From Botryllus schlosseri (Eukaryota), in contig CM119372.1 of assembly GCA_051294905.1 (NCBI GenBank), positions 5,239,001 to 5,272,000 of the forward strand: a stretch of DNA of 33,000 nucleotides, in the 5' to 3' direction. Positions 1-11,392 of this stretch are shown in pieces. The notes under the pieces are model-generated. The model saw only the letters and a program-made list of their open reading frames with translations, was not told where the DNA came from and did no database searches. Numbering within the stretch: position 1 is the first letter of the stretch; each line of letters begins with the position of its first letter. Made by a program: the position numbers and the translations under genes.

Positions 1-128
1 GGCCTGATTTTCTGCCCGGTAAATGGTAAACATAATATCTATCCTGTGGAAAATTCCTTCCAAAGTTTGAATTTAATGATATCACAGAACCGGTTCGGCA
101 TGTGGTTGATATTTACTCGTCTCTTCAG

Positions 129-3079
129 ATTTATGGAAGCTGGGAACCTACGTTTTTGTACCAGTCTGGGTTGTAGGAACCGCGGTTTTCGTATACCAAC
201 GTGAAATGGAGCATTTGGCCCACCATGTCCGACCCGAACATAAAGAATATTCTCATTTGGGAATTCGCAGCAAGGTGAGTGACGAGATCTCCCATTAATT
301 TTAAAGCTCTTCAAGTTTGTATGATGTGTGTGAAGTGCACATCAGTCATTCTCAGATTCTGTGTTCTGCGTTAACCACGATCGGGAGGTGTCAAAACAGG
401 CACGGTCAATTTTTCTAACTAAAAGGATGCTGTGAAAACTAAAACCTATGCGAATCTTCAACTTCATTCCCAACCTTCTATATGTCACCGACAATCCGCA
501 TGACCCCTTGTGATATCACTTTGATTCAGCAATGGTATTCCAACATATAGGCTTATTGTGACACATAGACCACGGCTTCCAGCCTGAGGGACACGATCCC
601 CGAAGGGGTCATGCGGTCATTTAATATATTTTGTAGTTTGCGGATAGTATATCAATTATCGTAATTTACACAACACATTATACAATCTTCTTCTCAGTGT
701 TAAATTTTGATACTTTACTTTTTAATGATAATACGGTATGCAACGTTCTGTTGATTTTGCCGTTTGAATATTAAAAAGAATACTAGCGTGAGTAGCATCC
801 CGGTAATCTTTTGTAAACTACAGGTTTATCACAGCCTTGATTTTCAATTAATTACTACTCGATGACATCGTTGTGAATTATCTAGAGCAGGGGTTGGCAA
901 ACTACGGCCCGCGGGCCGCATGCGACCCGCGAGAGTCTAAAGAAACTAATAAAAATATTGATAACATGCGTTCTAAAAATCGAATTACAGTAGGGATGTG
1001 ATTAAACCTTTTCTTAGTATATTTAACCATGATAATTCTAAGGCAGTGGTTGTCAAACTGGGGGGCGTGAAGGCATCTGAAGGGGGCGCGAAGCTGAGCT
1101 CAACTGAAATTTTTTTTTGCGCTCCGCGCGATTTCCATCCTATTCATAGTTATTGCTCTGTATTTAGTGTGAATTTCATATTTAAATATCTCCCATCCCA
1201 TCCACAGTCGTAACCTTCCATGCCTTTAAACTATCCGTTAGGTTTGCTAGCTAAGGGGGCGCGAAATCTTTCACCGTCATATGGTGGGGGGCGTGTCTTA
1301 AAAATTTTGAGAACCACTGTTCTGAGGTAAGTTCTTCCTATATTATTTTTATGTTTAATTTCTGACGCCGCAGCCCGATCTCAAGGCCCACGCAGTTTGA
1401 AAGGTTTCAACTGCTAAACATCACAGAAATCCTAAACGACATTGACATATTTCGGATCACGAGTGTGATTTCCGATCGGCCACTCCAGTTTTAATTATTT
1501 CAGTAAAACGATTCGTGCGTGTCTTAGGTGAATTTGTTCTCTGTATGCGTAGAATTAGGGTATTCATATTTTTTCTGCACATAGGCTCGTGGAAGCATGT
1601 TTGAAGCTAACATGGTTATGATGCTGTCAGCATTGTGTGTCCTGCACCTGAACCAAAAGTGGAATTAGTAAATCTATGAACAGATTGCTGCAGACAGATT
1701 AAAATTTCAATCCTGTTCTAAAATCGGGACAGCCGACTTTCATTTCTATAGTTTTGACAAATTGGTTATTGAGGTCGACCAGCCTATGAAATCTCGTCAC
1801 TGTTTCTGGCGCGCATCAAAGCAATGTCTGGTTTGCTTTAAATAGGCATATATATTATCTCCTTGTCCTCACTATTTAATCAAATACCAATTTTGCGTTT
1901 TGGATTATAATCCCTATTTTATATAGTGAGGCCCGCGAATGGATTCAGATGTTGAATGCGGCCTGCGATCTCAAAAGTTTGCCCACCCCTGATCTAGAGA
2001 GTATATTGGTAACGACCATAAAATATGAGAGTAGGATATGCGGCGTCATGCAGGTACCTTTAGTACTGACTGGCTAGGCCTCCCACATGAATAGTTGAAA
2101 TAAATGAACAAATAACACGGAACTTGTTTTGCGAGTGTGGAACAGATTTTGGTGTTGGCCTACCCGGTAGAATTTGATTGACAGTTCCTTACTCTGCGGT
2201 TACCAATGAATAGAATATTGAGCCTTGTAATCATTTCCCAAGACATTTTATGCGACTACAATGAGAAAGCATTGAGAAGAAAATTGAGTTCTGTGAGCAA
2301 AAAGTTCGGGAATCCGTACCCAGTGATGTGATTTTTGTGGAATTCATTTGATTGTCCCCTTCCCCTACCCTATGATGTTTACAAATAAAATGGTCAATAT
2401 GTGGATATGATGGGACTGGACGGCTGCATGTAGGTATATCCATCACAGCAAGTGATTTCAATATGAATATTCGTCGCAGTGGAATCAAAGTGACTTATGT
2501 CCAGTTTTCAAATTTTAAAGGTCCATTTTTAAAACTTGGAAAAAATCAAGTTTTTGAAAAATTTTCATCATTTTTCTGCCATATCTTGGCCATAGTTATG
2601 TTATGTATGTTTCATCCATTCAAAGTCAGTCAGGGCCAATATATGGCTGAAAGAAGACGAAAACTGTATGTAAAGTCAATTTTCTCAAAATGTGTAAAAT
2701 GGACATAAGTCACTTTGATTCCACCGAAACCAATTATTCAATTGTGTATTGAAGTCATGTGCCTCTAAAAGTCTCTTTAGTGATCTTAATTGTGCAGTGA
2801 CATATCACGACTGGAATGAATGTGACAAGAGTACAACGGCAGACCTCCCTGAATATAGAGTTGCGAGCAAATGTAGAAAGGAACATGAAGTCGCCTAGTT
2901 TTTTTCAAAATCAAGTTCTGGGCTCGCGTTTACGACCCTGAAGGGCCCTCTCCGGATAAAACCCCGGTTTTGAAGCTTTTCTTTTCTTGCAGGCGTTCCC
3001 GTGGAAGGATGGCAACAAGTCGCTATTTCATAACCCGAAATCCAATCCCTTGCCCGGAGTCGGATATGAAGAAGATTGA
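129..3079 (+). CDS. COX6A: Cytochrome c oxidase subunit 6A, 5'-partial; exons 129-274 and 2993-3079 (a possible upstream exon ends at 18)
   Basis: Exon 129-274 (ctcttcag|...aag|gtgagt) reads [48 protein letters not shown]. Exon 2993-3079 (ttcttgcag|) reads [28 protein letters not shown]. Together they match the COX6A pattern: TM helix, RPE..Y.HL.IR.K, then FPW.DGN..LFHNP..NPLP.GYE. Splice phases are compatible. Confidence 0.95.
888..1991. mobile_element. Non-autonomous hAT (Charlie/Buster-like) element in the COX6A intron
   Basis: TIRs CAGGGGTTGGCAAACT / AGTTTGCCCACCCCTG (15/16). Perfect 8-bp TSD ATCTAGAG at 880-887 and 1992-1999. Confidence 0.9.
1044..1319. mobile_element. hAT MITE nested inside the 888-1991 element
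   Basis: TIRs CAGTGGTTGTCAAA / TTTGAGAACCACTG. TSD TTCTAAGG / TTCTGAGG (7/8). Internal GGGGGCG motifs. Confidence 0.85.
2477..2726. mobile_element. MITE / fold-back element, superfamily unassigned
   Basis: 27-bp terminal inverted repeat C(A/G)GTGGAATCAAAGTGACTTATGTCCA at 2477-2503 and 2700-2726 (26/27). No clear TSD. Confidence 0.7.
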
Positions 3080-3751
3080 ACATATAAAATTTGCTTTCCT
3101 TTCGTAGTGGTTTGGCTTGACGCTGAGAAACAGAAGATTAAATACTCGACGTTCATCATGCGTGACGGAATGATAGGTGTTTCGAATAGATTTTTCTAAT
3201 AGCGCTATTGATATCTACGTATAAGCCTGCGTACAGCAGCGGGTGTTCGGTGAGACGCAATGAGAAAGGGTCAGTTGCTGTATGCTACTAGAATCGAAAT
3301 CGTTGATCAAAACGATGCGTTGATGGTCAACAGCGGGTTTTTTAGTTGTGAATGAAATATCCTATCTGCGGTCCCGATATCCCTACGGTACACGCTACTT
3401 GTTCCTACATGGTCAGTTCGTTTCCTGGGCGACGCCTCGATACGCCAGTCAAACTCTTTCACGTCGTAGATTTACTTTCGTCGTCTACCGAGATGTGCGC
3501 TAACTGTATAGCCAGTTTCAAGATACAATGAAATGAACTATGAGAACCCGATATATGCATGGATGAAAATATCTACACTGGCCGTGCTCAAGCTTCATTC
3601 TCGTCTTCGGTGCAACAACCAAGATCGGGGCGAACACATAATCAACAAAACCAGTGCAACGTTAAGAGTTTGGGTCCCGGAACACGCGCGTCCATAGGCC
3701 GATAGACACGTCGCTGTATTTGACTTTTCTCGCTTGAAGTATCATTAAATC

Positions 3752-4040
3752 TAGGGTGACCATATTTTGGAATACGGAAAGGAGGACACTTTTTAAAAGT
3801 CCTAAAAGTTAGTTGAACGAAATTGAAAACAGCTGACTTAGAAATATTTACCGAAAATCTTGTGATGACTAAAAAAACCGTTCATCACTCTGATTCGACT
3901 CCCGAATGACCCACTCGAACGTTGGCATTGCCTATTTCGCGTCAAATATGCCCATTTTCAGTTGACCCTGTCCATTAGCCTAGCTGTAAAGGAGGGCATT
4001 TAGGCGTCCTCGGAGGACACATCCTCGTATGGTAACCCTA
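3752..4040. mobile_element. hAT-type MITE related to the 10718-11076 element
   Basis: TIRs TAGGGTGACCATA / TATGGTAACCCTA. Subterminal GAGGACA and GCGTCCTC motifs shared with 10718-11076. TSD degenerate (5/8). Confidence 0.7.
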
Positions 4041-4236
4041 TTTAACCCCTGCCTACCAGAGATGAGCAGATTTGAAATTTCTATGTCCTAATCTGATTCC
4101 AACTAGAAACTCAGAAAAGATGCTAATTTATGCAAGGGAGGAATTGCAAATTTTTCTTTCACAACCAACATTCTCTTGATTCAAGATAACTTTGCATAGG
4201 GCTGCTCCTCTCATGCTCATTGGCACCGAGTGTACC

Positions 4237-5464
4237 ATACTCAAGTACGAGTAGAAGTACTTCTTCCATGATCAACCTGAAACTACTTGAAGTAGAATTG
4301 ACTGACTTTAAAAGTACTCAAGTAAGTAAGTAGTTGTGGAAACGATCCTATTTCGTTCACATGGATTATAAAAAGGTGCAAATTGAGCTATCCGAAAGGT
4401 GACGAACCCTATTCATATTGATGCATACCAGTAGGTATCCAATTTTCGATAGCATAACATAAGCATTCGTCCACATCATGGGATGAAAATGATAGTATTG
4501 ATATGGAAATGCGATACTAGTCCTCTGTTTACTCAAACAGCACGTTTTAGAAAATATCATGGTATTGCGCACTCAACCATGTTATAAGGCCTGTAGTTTA
4601 GTCGAAGAGCAATACGGAGATGTTGTGTTGGATGCGGTGTAAACCCTTTCTTCGATTCGTAAACGTTAATAAAAAAAATATGCTGGACCGTAAAAATGTT
4701 ATATTGTGTAGCTTCATTTCTGGAAATTGAAGGCATTACTACACTTGTTTTTATACTTCAAGATGTACGTTGTCCAGACAAAAGAACTCAAATTAATTTG
4801 GAATCAAAATACATGGTACTGGGAATTGAAAGTGAAATATAAATCTAAAAACGGAACATGTATTTAATGTCTTTAGTCCAGAAAGTTTCGAAGGTTGGTA
4901 TGCTAAAACAGCTCTAAAACTAAAAAAAAAAGTCCGAGTCCACTTTTCCAGATTAGGACACGCCGTGGACAGCTAGATCACGGTATGATAAGTAAATGCT
5001 AGATTGCAAAACATCAGTTTCAAACGTTATGATAAGCCATATATACTGTGATGAAATATTTGATATGGCGAAGGGCGACAATGCGGTGTGAACGGAACCA
5101 CGCCAACTCACTACCTAAATTATATTCACCGATACTTTCGTGAAATCATACTGGATACTCCGCATTCACTGCGCGCGAAGCGTGACGAAAATTCTGGGCT
5201 TAACTCAACTTTTATGAAAATTAAATGTCGATACTCCGTGAAAACAGCCCCGAAATTTCTCAGGCTTTCTTCCTGATTGGAGGACTAAACTACTTCTACT
5301 TGACAAACTGAAAATAGCGAAAAGTAAGTAAGTAGATCACAAAATATTATGAAGTAGAAGTAAAAGTAGTGAAATTCAGATCTACTTGAGTAAGTACCAG
5401 AAGTAGAGGAAAGCTACTTGAGTACTTCGAAAAAGTAGAAGTACTTCGTTACTGACCACCTCTG
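4237..5464. repeat. Degenerate AAGTA/TACTT-rich DNA transposon fragments, mainly 4237-4345 and 5285-5464
   Basis: Arrays of AAGTA/TACTT motifs ending in a TIR-like terminus GAAGTACTTCGTTACTGACCACCTCTG at 5464. Related termini occur at 8028, 8792, ~24655 and 25650. Confidence 0.55.
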
Positions 5465-5706
5465 AGTGTAGTGCACCATAAGTACATTAATAACTGATCT
5501 GAATAAAGTTTGTCGCCATTTGCCACACGACATATCAATCTCCCTGAATATCGGTAAATCCAATCCTAACCCATGCTCATTTCTGCTGCCTACACGACCT
5601 ACAAACTTATAGACCGAGATCAAATGCCAGTCCTCGATGCTGGACTCGGAAAATATGTTGATAACTGACGACCATCGAACGAGGTAGTAACGAGTTTCTT
5701 CTGTAG

Positions 5707-8700
5707 TTACTGTTCGCTGAATGATATTGAAAAAACCAGTAAAAATGTCAGCAGTTGCGATTGCATCAGTAGCTTCGCTGAAGAACCACCTGGGTCCTGA
5801 TCCAGTGGCGTCGGAATAACCGCATTGTTGCCCTGGATAAAATAAGACTAATAAAGTGCACAAATTGGAACATAGGACTAGCTTGGGAATTAGACTATTA
5901 TCCATAGGTGGTGGTTACCAACGCATGCATGGGTTGCGACCAGGGCTCTGGAGTCGGAGTCTGGGTAATTTTCGCTTGATGGAGTCGGAGTCGTGAAAAC
6001 TATAATAGCTGGAGTCGGTGCGTGTAAAGACCCAGGAGTCGGAGTCGGTACGATTACAGACTCAGGAGTCGGAGTCGGTATATTGAAAATGTATGGAGTC
6101 GGAGCCGGAGTCGGTAGTAAAATTTACCGACTCCACAGCCCTGGTTGCGACCCAGACGTGCGGGTATAGCCTGATTATTTTTGGCACGCTTGTTCTCTGG
6201 TATATTGTATCTGAGGCTTAGAAATTACAATAAATATGATTGAAGATGCGTAGATAACACAAGACTTGAAATATATACACCGTATTTGTTTGGATAGCAA
6301 TATCTTTTAAATCGATCGCCTTACGAACGTGTTGGGAACCAGAAAGTAATATTCGACTGTCCCTGTGGCTACTATAGTTTGTCTAGTCCACTATCATCGT
6401 ACCGCTGATTTTAAGCTGATAGGGTAGCTTGGCGTCCGTGTTTGACACCAGTTCTCATCGTAATTCCCGTCGGTGGCACTTTCTATGACGATCCTGTGAT
6501 ACAGTTTTAACGGTATTCAGCCATTCACACAGTGTATCGGGAGTCACAATTATGATATTACCTGTACCAGAAGTTCACGGTACTTCCCTCGCATGACTTA
6601 CAGTCAAATTCGAATGTCATCGTGCTTCCCGTACCGATCTGGTCACATTTTGATAATTGTGCATTGGTGCCTGAGAATTCGGAAAAATAATTCATTTTCC
6701 ATCGCACAAATTGAAAGGTCTATAACTAAACGAACGGTCAGCTTTATTTACGGAGAAACAAACAAATAGCCTAACATTATTTTCAAAATATAGTCCATGG
6801 TTTAGTGAGCCTGTACGGATCAATGCTTCAAATGAAGTCACAGGCAATGATGATTTACTGGTCACCCGCTCTCTTTAATACAGTCTCACTGTCACTTGTA
6901 CGAATATTATACGATTATAATGGTCTGACTGGATTTTTAACTCTATAAGCCTTGGCAAGTTCAACGAAGTTCAAGTATCAGGGATATCTAGATATCCCTA
7001 TCAAGTATAAAGTGATTTCTTACAGACTGATTCTTCCCCGGGAGGTATGATGCAAGCAGTTCCGGATGGACTGTCAATTGAAACTTCATAGTGCCTTCCA
7101 TTTCCGCTAGTATCCTTGACCGTAACGCATGGTTTTGCTGAACCGATAAACATAATAGATGTGAGCATGGTCAGCATGAAAGGCATAGTTGTTAACGTCC
7201 GGGGTTTGTAATAACTGAATGATTTGTGCGAGCACTGGGCAGGCGTCAGTTCAGCAGCTTTGATCACGAATTTGTACGTAGGTGTATCAGCAATCAGAAT
7301 CAGTGGCGTAAAGAGCATATATGCTACCGCCCTGGCTTTCGTTGAAAATGCCGCCCAAATTTTGATATAGTTTCAATATTTTCAATTATATTTACTGGAA
7401 ATCTTGTTGTGTTGACTAAAAAAAGGTCATCACCTCACATTTTGCCGCCCCTGGTGCAGAGCCGCAACCGCCAAGTGGCTGCTATACGCCACTGATCAGC
7501 ATCAGCCAACACGGTCAGAATGACTAAGCAGCGATGGAACCACCCAAATAAAAAAGATAATTTTCAATCTTGCGACGTCTGTATATATCTGTGGTAGAGC
7601 AACATATTACACTATTTATTTGCCAACGATATAGGCTAATGCATAATCTCCATGACTGTCGCAGATATGTCAAATGTGATAAATAGGGCGTGTACGTGAT
7701 TTCAAAACTATCGTGTTCGTCAAACAGGGATTGATGTTTATCGCCTGGTGTTATGTCGATTTCACGGATAAGAGGATGGTGAAATTTCAAATAACTCTTC
7801 TTTCAACTTGATAAAAATTGTACAATGCGAGCATTTCAACTATTGAAACAAGTTGATGCAAGTTGATGATATCGAAAACAAATGCGCCTTGAGTGGTTGA
7901 ATTCGCGAAATCTTGTCGACCACGCAAACGAAGTGAAAATACTTTACCCATCACCGTCGTCGGTCAATGCTTAATCAAACCAGAGATATCTAGTTCTAGA
8001 TATCCCTGAATCAAACTGAGATTCATCCAGAGGTGATCAGAAACGAAATATTGGTACTTTTTCGGATCCTGCATGGGCGTCGTGTATGAATTGATATATA
8101 TCTTAACTTACTTGAATCGCCAAACTTAACTCTCATCGGCATATATCCTAGCGGTCTCGTGAGGCTCGCATTTGCGGCTGTTACCGTAACAAACGTTTGT
8201 GAATAATCACTTGCGTCAATTGATGTCCATTCCTAAGAAAGTAAGAACAATATAAACGCTGGTATGTTATGCATATATGTGGAGCATCTGGAACAGCAAA
8301 AACGCAGTATTATGCCCTCGAGTTTATTTACAATTTATACAGGCCTTTATATTGTTTGATATTTCATTAGCGCAGTCCCATTGCATTCATACGGTACTCT
8401 CTGATAGGTTCGCTGAATCTGTTTCCGTCTTAGCAGTAATGCTGTTGGGGAACTAATTGGAATTTCGAGAGAGGAACGAAAACTTACTCGTATCCCATAT
8501 GAATTATTTACCCAATTATCAATACCGATACACGGACTTCTAGCTGCATCGTTGTCTCACAAGCCCAAGCAACCCCTTATGTCCCAGCCCTGGGTGGCAT
8601 TAACAACGGCTGCGAGAACCAAGTTTCTCGGTGGAACACGCTTCGCTTCATATTGAACCATCGCCACGCGGGCTGTAATGACAACCTGCATCTCGCGCAC

Positions 8701-9683
8701 ACACTGAAGGCATCCTACTATGCAGCTTAACCAACGACCAGCATCAAAAATAGTGGTAGGATATTGAGATTTTGAACTTATCCAATATACCCAAAGGTGG
8801 TCATGGTAAGTAGATGAAGTACTTCTACTTTTTCCAAGTATATTCAAGTAGGTTTTTCGAACTAGTACTACTTACTAAAGTGATTATATTTTAGACTCCT
8901 TTGACTTCTACTTGACCATTTTGTTGGCAAAATATTTATTTTTCCGCAATTTGGATTTTGTAAAGCAGAAAGTACTTTTGGCATGCACTTGTATCCCTCG
9001 TTATAAGTGAAATCATCATGGCAACTGAGCGAAAGATCCCGCTGTATCACGATACCGTAGTGGTATGATCCGCAGATGCAACACCAATAGGTTGAGAGTA
9101 GTTCGAGTCCAACCGAGGCGATTTTAGTATCCCCTCCGAGTTGGCGGCTTATCTAGACCCCTCCTCGCCATCTGAGCTGTATAGCCTCCGTATACGATGA
9201 AGCCAAGAAGTGGGGTGTGCTACTAGTCAGCAGATCAGTATTCAAAATAAAGAATATCGACCTGCTGTAAATAACCATTGCGATCGAAAAACTATCGAGT
9301 AAATCTACTTTTATGAACCACTTACTTGAACACTTTTGAGATCTATATTTTCTGCTTTTACGTGAGGTAGTTTTCCGTGACTCCGACGTATATTCTTGTA
9401 CTTGAGAATTACAGCGTTACTTCTACTTCTACTGAAATAGTAACGCTGACTACCTTGACCCCCTCTCAATATAACCAACCTCTGTTCCAATACGGAATAA
9501 TTCTGTTTATCACATTTCAATGTCGCCCAAGCTAGATATACATCATGTTCTAACACCATTCACAACTCTCGAAGAAGTTTCGAAATCATAAATCATATTA
9601 CTTACTTCACAATTGCTGTGCGCTTGCTGCAGAGTTACCAGGACATGTAACAAAACGTATGCTATCCTGCCTAGTTTTGGCAT
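5707..9683 (-). CDS. Uncharacterised Cys-rich cell-surface protein (~268 aa) with signal peptide and GPI-anchor-like tail; exons 9683-9606, 8703-8561, 8441-8393, 7234-7024, 6670-6562, 6493-6403, 5832-5707
   Basis: All introns are GT-AG with compatible phases, giving an uninterrupted 807-nt CDS. The N-terminus MPKLGRIAYVLLHVLVTLQQAHS is signal-like. There are 11 Cys (e.g. FDCKSCEGSTVNFWYRIVIES..DENWC). The C-terminus DPGGSSAKLLMQSQLLTFLLVFSISFSEQ* has small residues followed by a hydrophobic tail. Confidence 0.75.
5941..6143. mobile_element. hAT MITE with internal GGAGTC repeats (intronic)
   Basis: TIRs CAGGGCTCTGGAGTCGG / CCGACTCCACAGCCCTG. Perfect TSD GTTGCGAC at 5933-5940 and 6144-6151. 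Confidence 0.92.
6979..7000. mobile_element. 22-bp palindromic micro-insertion with 8-bp TSD (TIR-only hAT-like element)
   Basis: CAGGGATATCTAGATATCCCTA contains a perfect 20-bp palindrome and is flanked by TCAAGTAT at 6971-6978 and 7001-7008. Confidence 0.75.
7301..7494. mobile_element. hAT MITE (intronic)
   Basis: TIRs CAGTGGCGTA / TACGCCACTG. TSD ATCAGAAT / ATCAGCAT (7/8). GCCGCCC subterminal motifs. Confidence 0.85.
7981..8008. mobile_element. 28-bp palindromic micro-insertion with 8-bp TSD (same family as 6979-7000)
   Basis: CAGAGATATCTAG-TT-CTAGATATCCCTG (arms match 12/13), flanked by AATCAAAC at 7973-7980 and 8009-8016. Confidence 0.75.
8792..9457. repeat. Degenerate AAGTA/TACTT-rich element (same family as 5285-5464)
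   Basis: Starts CAAAGGTGGTCA...GAAGTACTTCTACTTTTTCC, similar to the reverse complement of the 5464 terminus. TACTT arrays at 9300-9440. No TSD found. Confidence 0.45.
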
Positions 9684-10717
9684 GTTTATAAGCCGGCAAT
9701 ATAATATCGTGATGTATCTAGTCCTAGAGCATAAGATAACATTTGAATCTACCACGAATTAGGCCTATACTCTCAGCATGATAAATGCATATTCTTTGTT
9801 CCACTTATGATTACATTTGAGTAAAACTAGTAACTTGGTGCAATCAATTGATCATTCGACCTCGCGTTTCATCTGGTTTGAAACAGACTGACGAATTAAC
9901 ACATTCTCAACGCCCGAAGGTTGGTTACATTCGCCTTATCAAGTAGCGGCTGCAATCGACAGCCATCTGACTGTAAAAAGATCACTGCGGCTGCGCTATG
10001 TCGAACAACAATCCTCGCAGTTTTTTCAAGTCTCGCGACATCGCTGTCCTAAATATAGCTTCTATCCAGGCATCATTCTCAGTCACAGGTATACGCAAGT
10101 AGCGTGGCGGAAACTCTGATTCAAACGAGTAAGAATCTGCGCGACGGTGTAGTATACCACACTTTATACACATTTCCGTCTTTGATGTATAATAGAAGCT
10201 GGCTTCTATACAAATGATTCCATCTTTTTAAAAGGCCATAATATACAACCGTATCATTCCTAACTACCGCAGATGGCGTGATGATATCAGGCAGAAATAG
10301 GATGTTGAATTGGTAATACAGGAATAACTGATCCCAATATAACATGTTGATTACTTTCAAAATTTGACAAACGTACATTATTCTTCGATTGCAATTGGTT
10401 CAAAGGCCGCACATATCGTTTTAGGAAAACGTGACATGATTTAGCATTGTTTGGTGCAACTAAGCGCAAGACACTGTAGCATCAAGCAAGATGACATCAT
10501 GAATTCTGTCATTCGACTTTACGGGACCACGTTGAGGACATCGTCAGTATTTACGAGAGGAATGACTTCATATGCGTAGGTAGGCGATATATAGGGATGC
10601 GAAAGTATTTTTTTCCGAAATTGTGTCAAATCTGCATAACATGAAACCGACAATATAATCGAAATTTACGATTAACATCCATATATTCGCCCCTGATTGC
10701 TGCGACAGCGCTTTAAC

Positions 10718-11076
10718 TAGGCTTACCATATTTTGGAAATCTAAAAAGAGGACACTTTTTCAGAAATTTGAGACTTAAAAAACCGGACAAGAATTCTCAA
10801 AAACCGGTGAATTTTTCCCACTTTGTGATCGGTTGACAAACAAGAAAAGGTCATCTTTCCGCCCAGAGCTAAAATAACCGTTTTTCACTCCGAAATGCCC
10901 GCCGGAGCGTCAGTTCTGTGTTAATTTTACGGCATATCACTCACAATTTGCTCTAAATTCACATAAAAGAGGACAAAATCTCAAAAAAGAGGACAAAAGG
11001 GCGTCCTCCGTGGACACTTTCAAAAAAGTCAAAAAAGAGGACAAATCCTCTTAAAAGAGGACGTATGTTAAGCCTA
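10718..11076. mobile_element. hAT MITE
   Basis: TIRs TAGGCTTACCATA / TATGTTAAGCCTA (12/13). Perfect TSD GCTTTAAC at 10710-10717 and 11077-11084. Repeated AAGAGGACA subterminal motifs. Confidence 0.92.
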
Positions 11077-11392
11077 GCTTTAACAGAGTGGGCCCATATC
11101 GCCAATGAGTGAGGTCATGACGTTAATTTCTATCTCAGCTATAGAGTCTCGTAATATATATTGCTGCGATGGTGACATCATAAATTCTCAAACCAAACTT
11201 CTGGCAGGAAGGTACTCTGACTACGCCTGAGCGCATATATACTATGACAATATGCAAGTATATATTGGTATATTTGTGAATATCGAAAAACAGATCATAG
11301 TGTCGTTCGCTCAAGGTAGGTTACGTTGATACAGTTTCATGGCGTCCTACGTGAAGTATATTCAGCAAACATAGATCTTCGATTGTCAACAT

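Noticed and set aside
496-616. 14-bp perfect inverted repeat CCGCATGACCCCTT / AAGGGGTCATGCGG as a structural RNA
   Set aside because: The context resembles decayed hAT subterminal GGGGTC motifs, with no other RNA features.
2895-3083. Minus-strand ORF with a Gypsy-like GPFRVV motif
   Set aside because: It overlaps COX6A exon 2993-3079 in antisense, and that exon is a far better match.
5941-6143. GGAGTC repeat cluster as a CRISPR-like array
   Set aside because: No regular repeat-spacer units. It has TIRs and an 8-bp TSD in a eukaryotic intron, so it is a hAT MITE.
7024-7186. MPFMLTMLTSIMFIGSA as the signal peptide of a separate small gene
   Set aside because: A better model splices in upstream exons beginning with a signal exon at 9683-9606 that has a consensus GTAAGT donor. 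An internal start cannot be fully excluded.
8545-8730. Plus-strand reading CIVVSQAQATPYVPALGGINNGC...
   Set aside because: It is antisense to exon 8703-8561 of the GPI gene, and no consistent plus-strand splice partner was found.
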